Sequence record: SRR22947725_1567
DNA: 20,000 bases
Reading direction: 5' to 3' (one strand)
Position 1 is the stretch's first letter. Every line of letters begins with the position of its first letter. The translations under genes were made by a program, and so were the position numbers. This document shows positions 7,081-15,877 of this stretch, piece after piece. A model generated the notes under the pieces. The model had not been told where the DNA came from. It saw nothing but the letters and a program-made list of their open reading frames with translations, and ran no database searches.

Positions 7081-7109
7081 TTGGCATTTACCATCTCTCG
7101 TGATATAAT
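7081..7109 (+). promoter_or_regulatory. Sigma70-type promoter for the acyltransferase-kinase operon
   Basis: TTGGCA (7081-7086), 17 nt spacer, TATAAT (7104-7109), with extended -10 TG at 7101-7102. GGGAG SD at 7128-7132 precedes ATG 7137. Confidence 0.75.
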
Positions 7110-7136
7110 CAGCAGGTATTTATCGATGGGAGCACA

Positions 7137-8117
7137 ATGAAGAAGTTAAAGAGCATACGTCAGCAATTTATGTGGCGTTTGGAGTATGGCTTAGCAAAAG
7201 CCTTTTTTCTTTTTTTAAGAATTCAGCCATTCAAATTCATGAGATGGTGGGGGAGTCTTTTAGGAAGATTACTTTTTCTAATACCTTCACAAAGAAAATT
7301 AATCATGGCAAACCTGAAGGTCGCTTTCCCGGACTTGTCAGAGAAGGAAGCTCGTAATATTGGTCGCCAATCGTTAAGCGGTATGATTCTTGTTTTTTGC
7401 GAAATGATTTGGTTCTATGGCGATGCTGAGAAGTTCTCTAAGTACTTGACAATTCCGGAAGATATAAAAAAGAGAGTCCTGGAACTTAATCGCAATGACA
7501 GGCCGACCTTATTTTTACCAATGCACTGGGGTAATTGGGAAGTATCGACCATTTCTCTGAAAATTTTAGCTCCGGATGACCCAGTTACTATTATCGCCAA
7601 AAAGCAGCGCAATCCCTACTTAGACGCTTTAGTTATGGAAGGTCGCCGTAAATCAGGCTTTGAGTTTGTAGATTCAAGTGGTGCTGTAAGAGCGTTGGTG
7701 AAGGCCCTCAAGAAAGGCGGTAGTGTCGGCCTTTTAGTCGATCAAAATACTAAAATCAAGAAAGGCGGTACCTTTGGCCAGTTTTTTGGTTTACCCGTGA
7801 CGATCAGTAAGTCAGCGGCAATGATGGCGTCCAAGTTTAATACGAATGTTTATGTTTATGCATGTCGCCGAACAAAGTCAGGTTTTGAAGTTTATACCAA
7901 TGAGCTACAGAAAGAACCTAAAGATTATGAAAACCAAGATGACTTAAGTCAGGCTATTTTAGATTTAATGGAAGGCACGGTCCGAGCTTATCCTGATCAA
8001 TGGGTTTGGTTGTATAAACGCTGGTTAAAATACCCTAAGAACTTTAGCGACCAGAAAGAGAATTACCCTTATTATGCCTCCATGAGTGGCGAAGAGTATC
8101 ATCCGGAAGAAGCTTGA
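7137..8117 (+). CDS. Lipid A late acyltransferase family (LpxL/HtrB-like lysophospholipid acyltransferase)
   Basis: N-terminal membrane segment, NLKVAFP, catalytic HWGNWE, RNPYLD, GLLVDQ, FFG and YPDQWVWLYKRW, all typical of the Lip_A_acyltrans family. Confidence 0.9.
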   Translation: MKKLKSIRQQFMWRLEYGLAKAFFLFLRIQPFKFMRWWGSLLGRLLFLIPSQRKLIMANLKVAFPDLSEKEARNIGRQSLSGMILVFCEMIWFYGDAEKFSKYLTIPEDIKKRVLELNRNDRPTLFLPMHWGNWEVSTISLKILAPDDPVTIIAKKQRNPYLDALVMEGRRKSGFEFVDSSGAVRALVKALKKGGSVGLLVDQNTKIKKGGTFGQFFGLPVTISKSAAMMASKFNTNVYVYACRRTKSGFEVYTNELQKEPKDYENQDDLSQAILDLMEGTVRAYPDQWVWLYKRWLKYPKNFSDQKENYPYYASMSGEEYHPEEA

Positions 8118-9658
8118 TGCGGGAAACTTTTGGGGCATATGAAGTCTTAGAGGGAATTGCCGAAGGCTCCATGGGCTTGATCTATCGCGTCAAGTCTGCT
8201 GACGGTCAGGAACTTGCCTTAAAGACTTTGAGAAGACAAGCCTATTGTGAAGATGATGAAGAAAATCATTTGCGATTTCAACGTGAGATGCAGCTTTCGC
8301 TGAAGATTGATCACCCCAATATTGTCAAAGTTTATGAATGCCAGTTAAATGAAGATCCTCCCTACATGGTTATGGATTTTCTCGCCGAGGGTTCTCTCGA
8401 AGATAAATTAACAAAAGATGGCCTTGTTTCTCCATTTGAAGTTTTGAAGGTTGCTAAAGATATGGCTTCGGCTCTTCAGCATATAGAGCGAAAAGGTATA
8501 GTTCATCGAGACATAAAACCTGCTAATATTCTTATTGATGCTGGTACTTATAAATTAACAGATCTTGGTTTGGCTAGAATTATGGAGTCTTCTTATGAAG
8601 ACGGGATTACCCTTTCTCAAACAGCGCTGGGGACACCTGATTATGTTTCTCCAGAACAGGTTATGCATGCTAGAGGTGTTGATGTTCGTTCGGATATCTA
8701 TTCTTTAGGTGCCAGTTTATATCATTGTTTGACGGGTAAAAAAGTTCATGAAGGCGGCTCTCAATTACAGCTTATGATGAAGCATGTCAATGAAGAAGTT
8801 GTGCCTCCTATACAAGTAAACCCAGAGCTGCCAGAAAGCCTTTCAGTAGTGCTCATGAAGATGCTTGAAAGAAACATCGAAGATCGCTATCAAAACCCAG
8901 AGGCCATTTTAGATGATTTAGAGCTGATTACCTTAGATGGCGATATCGTGAGTGATAAAACAGAGTTGGTAAGGCCGATGAACCGTATTGGCATGCTGAT
9001 GTTTTCTTGTTTTGTACTCTTGGTGTTGTTTGCGGGTGGAGTTTTTGTGAAGATGGCTTGTTTGCCACCAGTCGAAGATGATTATTTTTATATGAAGCAA
9101 AGAACAGAGCTTCGAGCAGCGATGAAAGCCCCCACTCGAGAAGCTTTAGAAGCGAAGGCTAAAGCCATAGAGGATTTTATTGTCGATTACCCAAGAGATA
9201 AGAACCTTGCATCGATGAAGCGAGCAGCCGACTTAGCTAAAAAAATAGCCAAAGGAGGTCAATTTCAGGTTTTGGTTGAGAGTGTGGGTTATTTTAAACA
9301 AGCTGAGGAATTTAAAGTCATTTGGCAGTTAGGTGAACAACGCCTTGAAGTTGAATCTTTGGGAGAGAAAAAAGCTATTTTTCCTAATGAAAAGCTTAAC
9401 TTCACTTGGCAGCCAGAGATGAAAATTCGCTTACAGCTTGAAAAACAAGGTTGGTTAGATGAATTGGTTTTTGATCAAGAACTTCCACAAAAGATCTCGA
9501 TTATGGCCTTATCTGGCAAGCAAACTTATGCTTTGACTGGCGAGGGTGCCGACCTTTTTGAGGGCGGAGAGCTCCAGATTACTTACAAGTTAAAGGGCAT
9601 AAGCCAGGAAGATTGGCAAACTTTTAAAGAGTATATTTATCCTGGCGCTCATTGGTGA
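8117..9658 (+). CDS. Hanks-type transmembrane Ser/Thr protein kinase with an unknown extracytoplasmic domain
   Basis: Motifs EGSMGLIY, ALK, RFQRE, HPNIV, HRDIKPAN, DLG, GTPDYVSPEQ and SDIYSLG. TM helix at ~8987-9049. ATG 8117 overlaps the upstream TGA (TGATG). Confidence 0.93.
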   Translation: MRETFGAYEVLEGIAEGSMGLIYRVKSADGQELALKTLRRQAYCEDDEENHLRFQREMQLSLKIDHPNIVKVYECQLNEDPPYMVMDFLAEGSLEDKLTKDGLVSPFEVLKVAKDMASALQHIERKGIVHRDIKPANILIDAGTYKLTDLGLARIMESSYEDGITLSQTALGTPDYVSPEQVMHARGVDVRSDIYSLGASLYHCLTGKKVHEGGSQLQLMMKHVNEEVVPPIQVNPELPESLSVVLMKMLERNIEDRYQNPEAILDDLELITLDGDIVSDKTELVRPMNRIGMLMFSCFVLLVLFAGGVFVKMACLPPVEDDYFYMKQRTELRAAMKAPTREALEAKAKAIEDFIVDYPRDKNLASMKRAADLAKKIAKGGQFQVLVESVGYFKQAEEFKVIWQLGEQRLEVESLGEKKAIFPNEKLNFTWQPEMKIRLQLEKQGWLDELVFDQELPQKISIMALSGKQTYALTGEGADLFEGGELQITYKLKGISQEDWQTFKEYIYPGAHW

Positions 9659-9659
9659 T

Positions 9660-11243
9660 TTAAGGGACTAGATTTTCCATGGCAGGTAAAATCTTATCGT
9701 TAAAGAAAGCAACAGCTATTTCAATTCCTTTTTTCTCTAAGGCAATGATGTCTTGAGGAGTACCTGGGGCATCAAAGTAAGCTTGTTGCTTTTTTGAGAG
9801 TTGAAAGTTATTTGGATGCTCATTCGGGAAGGCTTGATCAAAGCTCAGAGAATTACTTAAACTTATTTCTTCGCTGACAAGGCGATGACCACTGAGGGCA
9901 TCGATAATAGTAATTCGCATTGAGCTTTTAAGAGTGAACTCGCCTTTTTTAACAGTCATTGCCGTCATCGATTGATCGCGTCTTTTGACATTTTCCTGTC
10001 GGCTTGAAAGGAATTTTTTCTCAAGTCTGTAGTTGGTGATTTCTCTGAAAATAGCGTAAGACGACCTCGTCTTTTGACAAAGCCTCATAGCTTGGTTTCT
10101 AGTTATATTTTGTGGATGTAGTTTTAAGGCTCTCATGGCATCTCTAAGATCAAAGTCTGAAGCGATGGATATGAACGGGGAAAGGCCTTTTAGTGATGCT
10201 TTTTTGAATTCATTTTCAAGGTGGTGGCTAAACTCTTGTGATTGTTGGGTAAACAAAATAGGTAGAATAGTGAAACTCTGCCGGCCCTGGGCTAAAGCAG
10301 CTTCAGAGACTTTAATAAGCTCGGGATTCTGCGGGTCATACTCGAGAGCTTTTTGATTCATAAGCCAACTTTGACGGAATTGTCTTTTAAGGGTTAAATC
10401 TTTTGCCCAAGCTGAAAATACTTTTGATTTAAGTAAACGCGTGGCATCTTTTTGCTGATCGCCAAATTGGCCTTGGTATGAATCTAATTTGAGAACTTCT
10501 TTTTCGGCTTCAGCAAATTTATTTTCCTGAATAAGGCCTTTAATCACTGTGGCCGTTTTCATGACGATGGCATTTCGGTAGTTATCTTTTAAAGATGCAA
10601 TGTTTGTTTTTTCTTGGGTAGAATCGGCATAGGAAAGAGCTCGACTTAGTTGCGTTAGGGCTTCTTTCGTTTTCCCTTGTGTCTGAAGGCTGGCGGCAGC
10701 TTCAATGAGTTCTTGATAAGCAAAGTCGTTTATTTGATTGCGCAGAGATATTATTTTTTGTCGTTCTTTACTTGTCGGTTCGTATTGAGAAACCTTTTCA
10801 AGGTTTGTTAAAGCCTGATCCCACTTAGCATGGCGGATATTATTTTCGGTAAGTGTGAAAAAGTGCTGGCGTGTAAGGGATAAGGCTTGGTCTTTAAGCT
10901 GAGGCCAATTAGCGGGAAGACTTAGGCTATCATCATAGGGCTTAACTAAGCGCAATAAACCTTCACTTTTTGTGATGTATGCTAAAGCGGTAGGTCCATC
11001 GTTATTATTGAGTTTTGAATTGAGCTGTGAGATATTTTTCTGAAGTAGGACTGAGCTGACAGAACGCAATCTTTCAAGAGCTTGAGGGTGAGTGCTTTCG
11101 AGGCGAATTGTTTCTATGTAAAATTGCACCGCGCGAAGTTGATTGCCACTTGCTTCAGCTTGTCTGCCGTCATTAAAAGCATCTTCTGCAGAGCGACAGC
11201 CGACAAAAAGTAATAATAAGAAAAGGAGAGAGAGAATTTTCAT
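9660..11243 (-). CDS. TPR-like helical-repeat lipoprotein with an alpha/beta C-terminal domain
   Basis: Lipoprotein signal MKILSLLFLLLLFVG|C16 and TPR-like helices (AFNDGRQAE..AVQFY, KWDQAL..YEP, EALTQLSRAL, KALEYDPQNPE). The C-terminal region loosely resembles CsgG/TolB_N-type folds (weak). Confidence 0.7.
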   Translation of the reverse strand: MKILSLLFLLLLFVGCRSAEDAFNDGRQAEASGNQLRAVQFYIETIRLESTHPQALERLRSVSSVLLQKNISQLNSKLNNNDGPTALAYITKSEGLLRLVKPYDDSLSLPANWPQLKDQALSLTRQHFFTLTENNIRHAKWDQALTNLEKVSQYEPTSKERQKIISLRNQINDFAYQELIEAAASLQTQGKTKEALTQLSRALSYADSTQEKTNIASLKDNYRNAIVMKTATVIKGLIQENKFAEAEKEVLKLDSYQGQFGDQQKDATRLLKSKVFSAWAKDLTLKRQFRQSWLMNQKALEYDPQNPELIKVSEAALAQGRQSFTILPILFTQQSQEFSHHLENEFKKASLKGLSPFISIASDFDLRDAMRALKLHPQNITRNQAMRLCQKTRSSYAIFREITNYRLEKKFLSSRQENVKRRDQSMTAMTVKKGEFTLKSSMRITIIDALSGHRLVSEEISLSNSLSFDQAFPNEHPNNFQLSKKQQAYFDAPGTPQDIIALEKKGIEIAVAFFNDKILPAMENLVP

Positions 11244-11251
11244 GGTGTACC

Positions 11252-13165
11252 TTATTCGATAATCAGTTTAGGAATTATACGGACTTCAATTTTTTTATTC
11301 ATCTTTTTACTGAGAATTCTTTCAAGTTCTTCAACAGCATCGTGTGTGGGTAAAGTCGTAGAAGAAATATTGAGAATGACCATGATGCTGCCATTATCAA
11401 GAGCTTGGTAATCAGGGCTTTCAAATTTAATGAGACCAAATTTTTCCAGCTTGGGGCGACATAAGTCGATAACATCATTTTTTGCAAGCAGTTGATGCTT
11501 GAGGATAGCATCTTTTAAGCGCAAAATGAGGGTGGAGCTTAAAGGGATAATCAAAATTGCGGTTGTTAAAACTAGACCAATAATGGCGCGTTTAGTCCAG
11601 ATTTGACTTTTCTTTGCCTTTTTCTGAGGACGAATTCCCGCAGCATAGAAAGCAAATGCTGAGCCTACGATAATGCAGATCACGTTCGTGAAAAAGAGTA
11701 GGGCGGCACCACGAGCAGTGGTAATGTTTCCGTGGGCAATACTGATGCCAGTTGCAGCAATAGGTGGGACTAAGGCCGCCGCAATAGCGACACCTGGCAA
11801 AGCGGCCGAAAGTTTGGGGCGACTCATACAGTGTGCCGCAGCAATACCAGAGAATAGGGCAATGAGTAAATCTGCCATTTTGGGCTCGCCACGAGCGACT
11901 ATTTCATTTGTTAAGGTTTCCAGAGGAGCGAAGAGGCCGCAAAAAAGGCCAATTAATAAGGCAGATAGAAAACCGAGGATAATTGACTTTACTGAATTGA
12001 AGATTAACGGCAGGTTGCCTTGGACGATTGCCAATCCCGAAGCCAGTATGGGAACCATAAGTGGAGCAATCAACATAGCACCAATAACTACCGCGGTACT
12101 ATTCGAAATGAGCCCTAGTGAAGCGATAGCCGTCGATAAACAAATCAGGGATATAAAGTCAAAGTTCCAATTGGAGTTAACGTGCAAGTTGTTATAAAGG
12201 TTTATGCGGTCTTCACGAGTCATTTGTGGAATGGTTAAATTACACCAGTACTCAAACTTGTCTGTGACTTTTTCGAGATGTGATTTTCGTGACCTAAAAA
12301 CAGCAATCGATAAAGAGGGGTCGGCATTCATCAGAGAGTCGGGGAGGACTCCAAAAAGTTTTTGGCGAATATTGCCCATCTCAGAGGCTCCGACAATAAC
12401 AAGGTCAAAACCTGTTTTAGCCACATTGGAAATACCGCCGACAACGTCTTCGGTGACCACAACTTTAGGAGTGATGAAAGAGGTTTCTTTGATATTGCAC
12501 TGCTTAAGGAGTTCTTTTAAGGTGTTTTCACCGACTTCTTCGCTGTATTCCCCCTCTGTTTCTATAAGTAGTGGTGTAACCGCAGTTCCCTGAGCTTCGG
12601 CCAGCTGTGCTCCTTCGACCAGAGCTGCTCGACAATGAGGGCCACCAGCACTGGGAATAAGCAGCTTTGAACAGCGTTTGAATTCGGCATCGCCTAAGCG
12701 GATGACCATAGTACTGCAGTGAACCTTGTGAAAGATATAATCGGTAAAGTGAGTTTTCCCTTTGTGGGGTTCGTGTCGACCCACTATGAGGAGGCTGGCT
12801 TTGTCGGTATCAACGAGTTTAAGGACTGGTTTTTCGAGTTTTCGACCACGAACAGACTTTAAAGAATATTCTGGAGTTTTGATCATGTGTTCACTGATCG
12901 TTTCCTCTTCGTGGTATTCGTAATGAGGATTGGCAGTGATATCTTCAGATATACGTATTTCGTCTTGAAGAGCATCGATGATGAGCTTGATAATGGGGTC
13001 GCGCTGAGTTTTTTCGATATCGATATCTTTATCATCGTAGTCGATATCTTTTTCTTCAGCTTTGATCAGTACAAGTGAAGTCTTTCTAGCACGGGCTAAT
13101 TGAAAGCCCCATCTGGTAAAAGCCGCAGCTTCTTTTTCGTCAGTTATGACAGCGAGTACGCTCAC
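11252..13165 (-). CDS. Fusion of tandem universal-stress-protein-like domains with a DUF389 (TIGR00341-like) multi-pass membrane domain
   Basis: USP-like motifs LLIVGR, LLIPSAGGPH and FDLVIVGAS. DUF389 motifs IASLGLISNSTAVVIGAMLIAPLM, EIVARGEP and LPGVAIAAALVPP. GTG start with an AAGGGGA SD. Confidence 0.85.
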   Translation of the reverse strand: MSVLAVITDEKEAAAFTRWGFQLARARKTSLVLIKAEEKDIDYDDKDIDIEKTQRDPIIKLIIDALQDEIRISEDITANPHYEYHEEETISEHMIKTPEYSLKSVRGRKLEKPVLKLVDTDKASLLIVGRHEPHKGKTHFTDYIFHKVHCSTMVIRLGDAEFKRCSKLLIPSAGGPHCRAALVEGAQLAEAQGTAVTPLLIETEGEYSEEVGENTLKELLKQCNIKETSFITPKVVVTEDVVGGISNVAKTGFDLVIVGASEMGNIRQKLFGVLPDSLMNADPSLSIAVFRSRKSHLEKVTDKFEYWCNLTIPQMTREDRINLYNNLHVNSNWNFDFISLICLSTAIASLGLISNSTAVVIGAMLIAPLMVPILASGLAIVQGNLPLIFNSVKSIILGFLSALLIGLFCGLFAPLETLTNEIVARGEPKMADLLIALFSGIAAAHCMSRPKLSAALPGVAIAAALVPPIAATGISIAHGNITTARGAALLFFTNVICIIVGSAFAFYAAGIRPQKKAKKSQIWTKRAIIGLVLTTAILIIPLSSTLILRLKDAILKHQLLAKNDVIDLCRPKLEKFGLIKFESPDYQALDNGSIMVILNISSTTLPTHDAVEELERILSKKMNKKIEVRIIPKLIIE

Positions 13166-13317
13166 TCATGTCCCCTTATCTTCGTCAATTGCCTTTTATT
13201 TTAACCTTGATTGAGCTGTAGACAAGGTCATTTATAAAGTAAGCGATGGAGCTTGCAATCTTTATACTTTTGCAGTTTGTAGATGATAAGAGTTTGAACT
13301 TTAAGTTGGGATATGAA

Positions 13318-13953
13318 ATGCAATTTAAAATAGAGTCTTTGAATATCGGTACAGTCAAGGAGTTGAAGACGAGAACAGGCAGTGTTCAAAGTGGCTATGG
13401 GAAAACGCCAGTTGATTGTGGTGAGTTGACATTTGAAGGTTTTGTAAGCGACCAACAGGCAGATTTAAAGCATCATGGCGGTAAAGATAAAGCCGTTTGT
13501 GTTTTTAGTGCTCATCATTTTAAGTCTTATGAAAAATTTCTCGGAATTGATCAAATGCCAGTACCTGCTTTTGGAGAAAACTTTACGGTGGATTCACTGA
13601 GTGAAGATGATGTTTGTATTGGTGATGTTTTCACTTGTGGTCAAGTGAGTTTACAAGTTTCACAGCCACGGCAGCCTTGCTCTAAGACCGGGTTTTTCCA
13701 CAAAAATAATAAAGTTATCAAGTATATGTCCGATACAGGAACAACGGGCTTTTATTTTCGCGTTATAAATGGCGGTGTCGTCAGCAAGGGCGATACCTTT
13801 AAAAAGAGTAGTGGCGACGGGCACTTTTCTTTGAAGCTGGCAAATGATATCATGTATCGTCGACAGCAAGATAGGCAGTTATTAATAGAATTTCTTCAGT
13901 TTCCGGCTCTTTCTCAAGCTTGGAAAGATGAATTGTCGTCAAGAATTATGTAG
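13318..13953 (+). CDS. yiiM: MOSC-domain protein, YiiM-like (with a C-terminal 3-alpha domain)
   Basis: Motifs DQQADLKHHGGKDKAVC, FGENF, CIGD, QVSQPRQPCSK, TGFYFRVI and LSQAWK. ATG 13318 (GGGA SD at 13308-13311) is preferred over 13246. Confidence 0.88.
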   Translation: MQFKIESLNIGTVKELKTRTGSVQSGYGKTPVDCGELTFEGFVSDQQADLKHHGGKDKAVCVFSAHHFKSYEKFLGIDQMPVPAFGENFTVDSLSEDDVCIGDVFTCGQVSLQVSQPRQPCSKTGFFHKNNKVIKYMSDTGTTGFYFRVINGGVVSKGDTFKKSSGDGHFSLKLANDIMYRRQQDRQLLIEFLQFPALSQAWKDELSSRIM

Positions 13954-13996
13954 ATTAATGTTGTAGATAATTTTTTATAAAGCGAGGAGCTCTACA

Positions 13997-14992
13997 GTGA
14001 AAGTACTTTTAGGTGGTGCCAGCGGTATGATTGGTACAGCATTGACAGCTTTTTTAGTGCGTCACGATGTTCCGGTAGTTCGTCTTGTTCGCCGTCCAGT
14101 TAAGGACCCTGTAACTGAGATATATTGGGACCCGCAAAAGAAAGAGATTGATAGCAGTAAACTGGCTGGCTTTGATGTTGTTATCAATCTAGGTGGACAC
14201 GGTATAGCTTCGGGCTTATGGACAAAAAAAACGAAAAAGAAAATTCTTGAATCTCGGGTTCAGAGCACATCGTTTTTAACTGAGCTCATTGAGCAGATGA
14301 AAGTCGCACCTAAGCTATTTTTGACTGCATCTGGAATTCATATTTATGGCCGTACGAATGATAAACAAGAGCCGTTTACAGAAGACTCCCCAGAAAAAGG
14401 TAAGGACTTTTTAAGCGAAGTCATTAAGAAATGGGAGGGAGCTACAAGCGGCGTTAGTAAGTCGGGCGTCAGAACTTGCTTTATGCGCTTTGGAGCGGTT
14501 TTAAGTCCTCGAGGAGGCATGCTCCAAAAAATGTTGCCGGCGTTTAAATTTGCCGCAGGTGGTCGATTAGGGAGTGGTAAGCAGGCTCTTAGTTGGGTTG
14601 ATTTAGACGACGCTGTTAAGGCTATTTGGCATTGTCTTAATCATGAGACTATTTCGGGCGCGGTGAATGTCGTAGCTCCTGAAGTGGTCACAAACAAGGA
14701 GTTTACGAAAGCTTTATCAAAGGCAGTTGGCATGCCTGCTTTTTTACCTGTGCCGGAGTTTATTCTAACAGGCTTTGTTGGCGAGATGGCAGAAAATCTC
14801 ATGTTAGCCAGTATAAAGTGCAGTCCTCAAAAATTATTAAATAGCGGCTTTGAGTTTAGTTATCCTACTTTAAGAGAGTCTTTGAATTTTCAATTAAAAT
14901 CTAATGTGCCTGAAGCAGTCGTAAAAAAAGATGCCTCTACAGAAGACGAAAATAAAGAATCAGGCGAGAATAAAGGCGCCGGAGCTAAATAA
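13997..14992 (+). CDS. TIGR01777-family NAD(P)-dependent epimerase/oxidoreductase (YfcH-like, DUF1731 C-terminus)
   Basis: Motifs GASGMIG, VINLGG, ILESRV, WE, GGRLGSGKQALSWV, GAVNVVAP and PQKLLNSGFEFSYP. GAGGAG SD precedes the GTG start. Confidence 0.92.
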   Translation: MKVLLGGASGMIGTALTAFLVRHDVPVVRLVRRPVKDPVTEIYWDPQKKEIDSSKLAGFDVVINLGGHGIASGLWTKKTKKKILESRVQSTSFLTELIEQMKVAPKLFLTASGIHIYGRTNDKQEPFTEDSPEKGKDFLSEVIKKWEGATSGVSKSGVRTCFMRFGAVLSPRGGMLQKMLPAFKFAAGGRLGSGKQALSWVDLDDAVKAIWHCLNHETISGAVNVVAPEVVTNKEFTKALSKAVGMPAFLPVPEFILTGFVGEMAENLMLASIKCSPQKLLNSGFEFSYPTLRESLNFQLKSNVPEAVVKKDASTEDENKESGENKGAGAK

Positions 14993-15069
14993 TTTTGATA
15001 CGACATTTGTAAAATGAGCAGAAGAAAGGTTTAGTCACATAAATTAATTTTGAAATCAAGGAAATTTCT

Positions 15070-15867
15070 GTGCAAAAAATTGCTGTTCTCTTCACTTTTG
15101 TTCTCTTTAGCCTTTCTTTAACAGCGCAAGAAGCCAATCCTGTGGCGCTCATGAAAACAAGTCATGGCGATATTCACATTGAGCTTTTGAAAGATGCAGC
15201 CCCTAAAACAGTACAGAACTTTATAGATCTTGCGGAAGGCACAAAAGAAGTCAATGGCAAAAAAATAGACAAGCCTTTTTATGATGGCCTAATTTTTCAT
15301 CGCGTCATTAAAGATTTCATGCTTCAAGGCGGTTGTCCTCTTGGAACGGGTACTGGTGATGCCGGTTACAAATTTGATGATGAAATCAGTGCAACAGCTC
15401 TAGGTCTCGACAAAGAAAAAGCAATGACAGACAAGGGCCCTCATAAGTCTTTAATGATCCGCAGCCAGCAAGATTTTGCCCGTTATCTTTTAGCGCCACT
15501 TTACCCTAAGCTAGGTATTAATTCTCAGGAAACTTTCGAAGCCAAAAAAGATGAGCTTCAAAAAGCAGTTGAAAGTATGAGCTTAAAAGATGTATTCGAA
15601 AATATGAGTTATAAATACCAAGCAGAACTTAAGTCAGTTAAAGCCCTTAAGGGATTTCTAGCCATGGCGAATTCAGGGCCTAACACCAATGGCTCGCAGT
15701 TCTTCATAAACCTTGCCGATACTCCTTGGTTGAATGGTAAGCACACTGTTTTCGGTAAAGTTGTCAAAGGCATGGATATCGTTGAAAAAATTGGTTCGGT
15801 TAAAACAGCTAGTGGCGATAAACCTGAAACTGATGTGAAAATTATTTCAGTTCGTTTAATTAAGTGA
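15070..15867 (+). CDS. Secreted/periplasmic cyclophilin-type peptidyl-prolyl cis-trans isomerase with a large insertion
   Basis: Signal peptide followed by APKTVQNF, FYDGLIFHRVIKDFMLQGG, LAMANSGPNTNGSQFFI and WLNGKHTVFGKV. AAGGA SD precedes the GTG start. Confidence 0.93.
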   Translation: MQKIAVLFTFVLFSLSLTAQEANPVALMKTSHGDIHIELLKDAAPKTVQNFIDLAEGTKEVNGKKIDKPFYDGLIFHRVIKDFMLQGGCPLGTGTGDAGYKFDDEISATALGLDKEKAMTDKGPHKSLMIRSQQDFARYLLAPLYPKLGINSQETFEAKKDELQKAVESMSLKDVFENMSYKYQAELKSVKALKGFLAMANSGPNTNGSQFFINLADTPWLNGKHTVFGKVVKGMDIVEKIGSVKTASGDKPETDVKIISVRLIK

Positions 15868-15877
15868 TTTTTGAGGT

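Noticed and set aside
11673-12593. 174-aa and 129-aa plus-strand ORFs
   Set aside because: They are antisense shadows of the DUF389/USP gene, with no recognisable motifs.
13204-13275. Inverted repeats ACCTTG-N13-CAAGGT and TGCAA..TTGCA in the divergent promoter region
   Set aside because: The arms are only 5-6 bp, which is plausible by chance, and no convincing -35/-10 pair could be assigned.
13246-13317. N-terminal extension of the MOSC ORF
   Set aside because: The family-like sequence begins at ATG 13318, which has an SD. The extension lies in the likely divergent promoter region.
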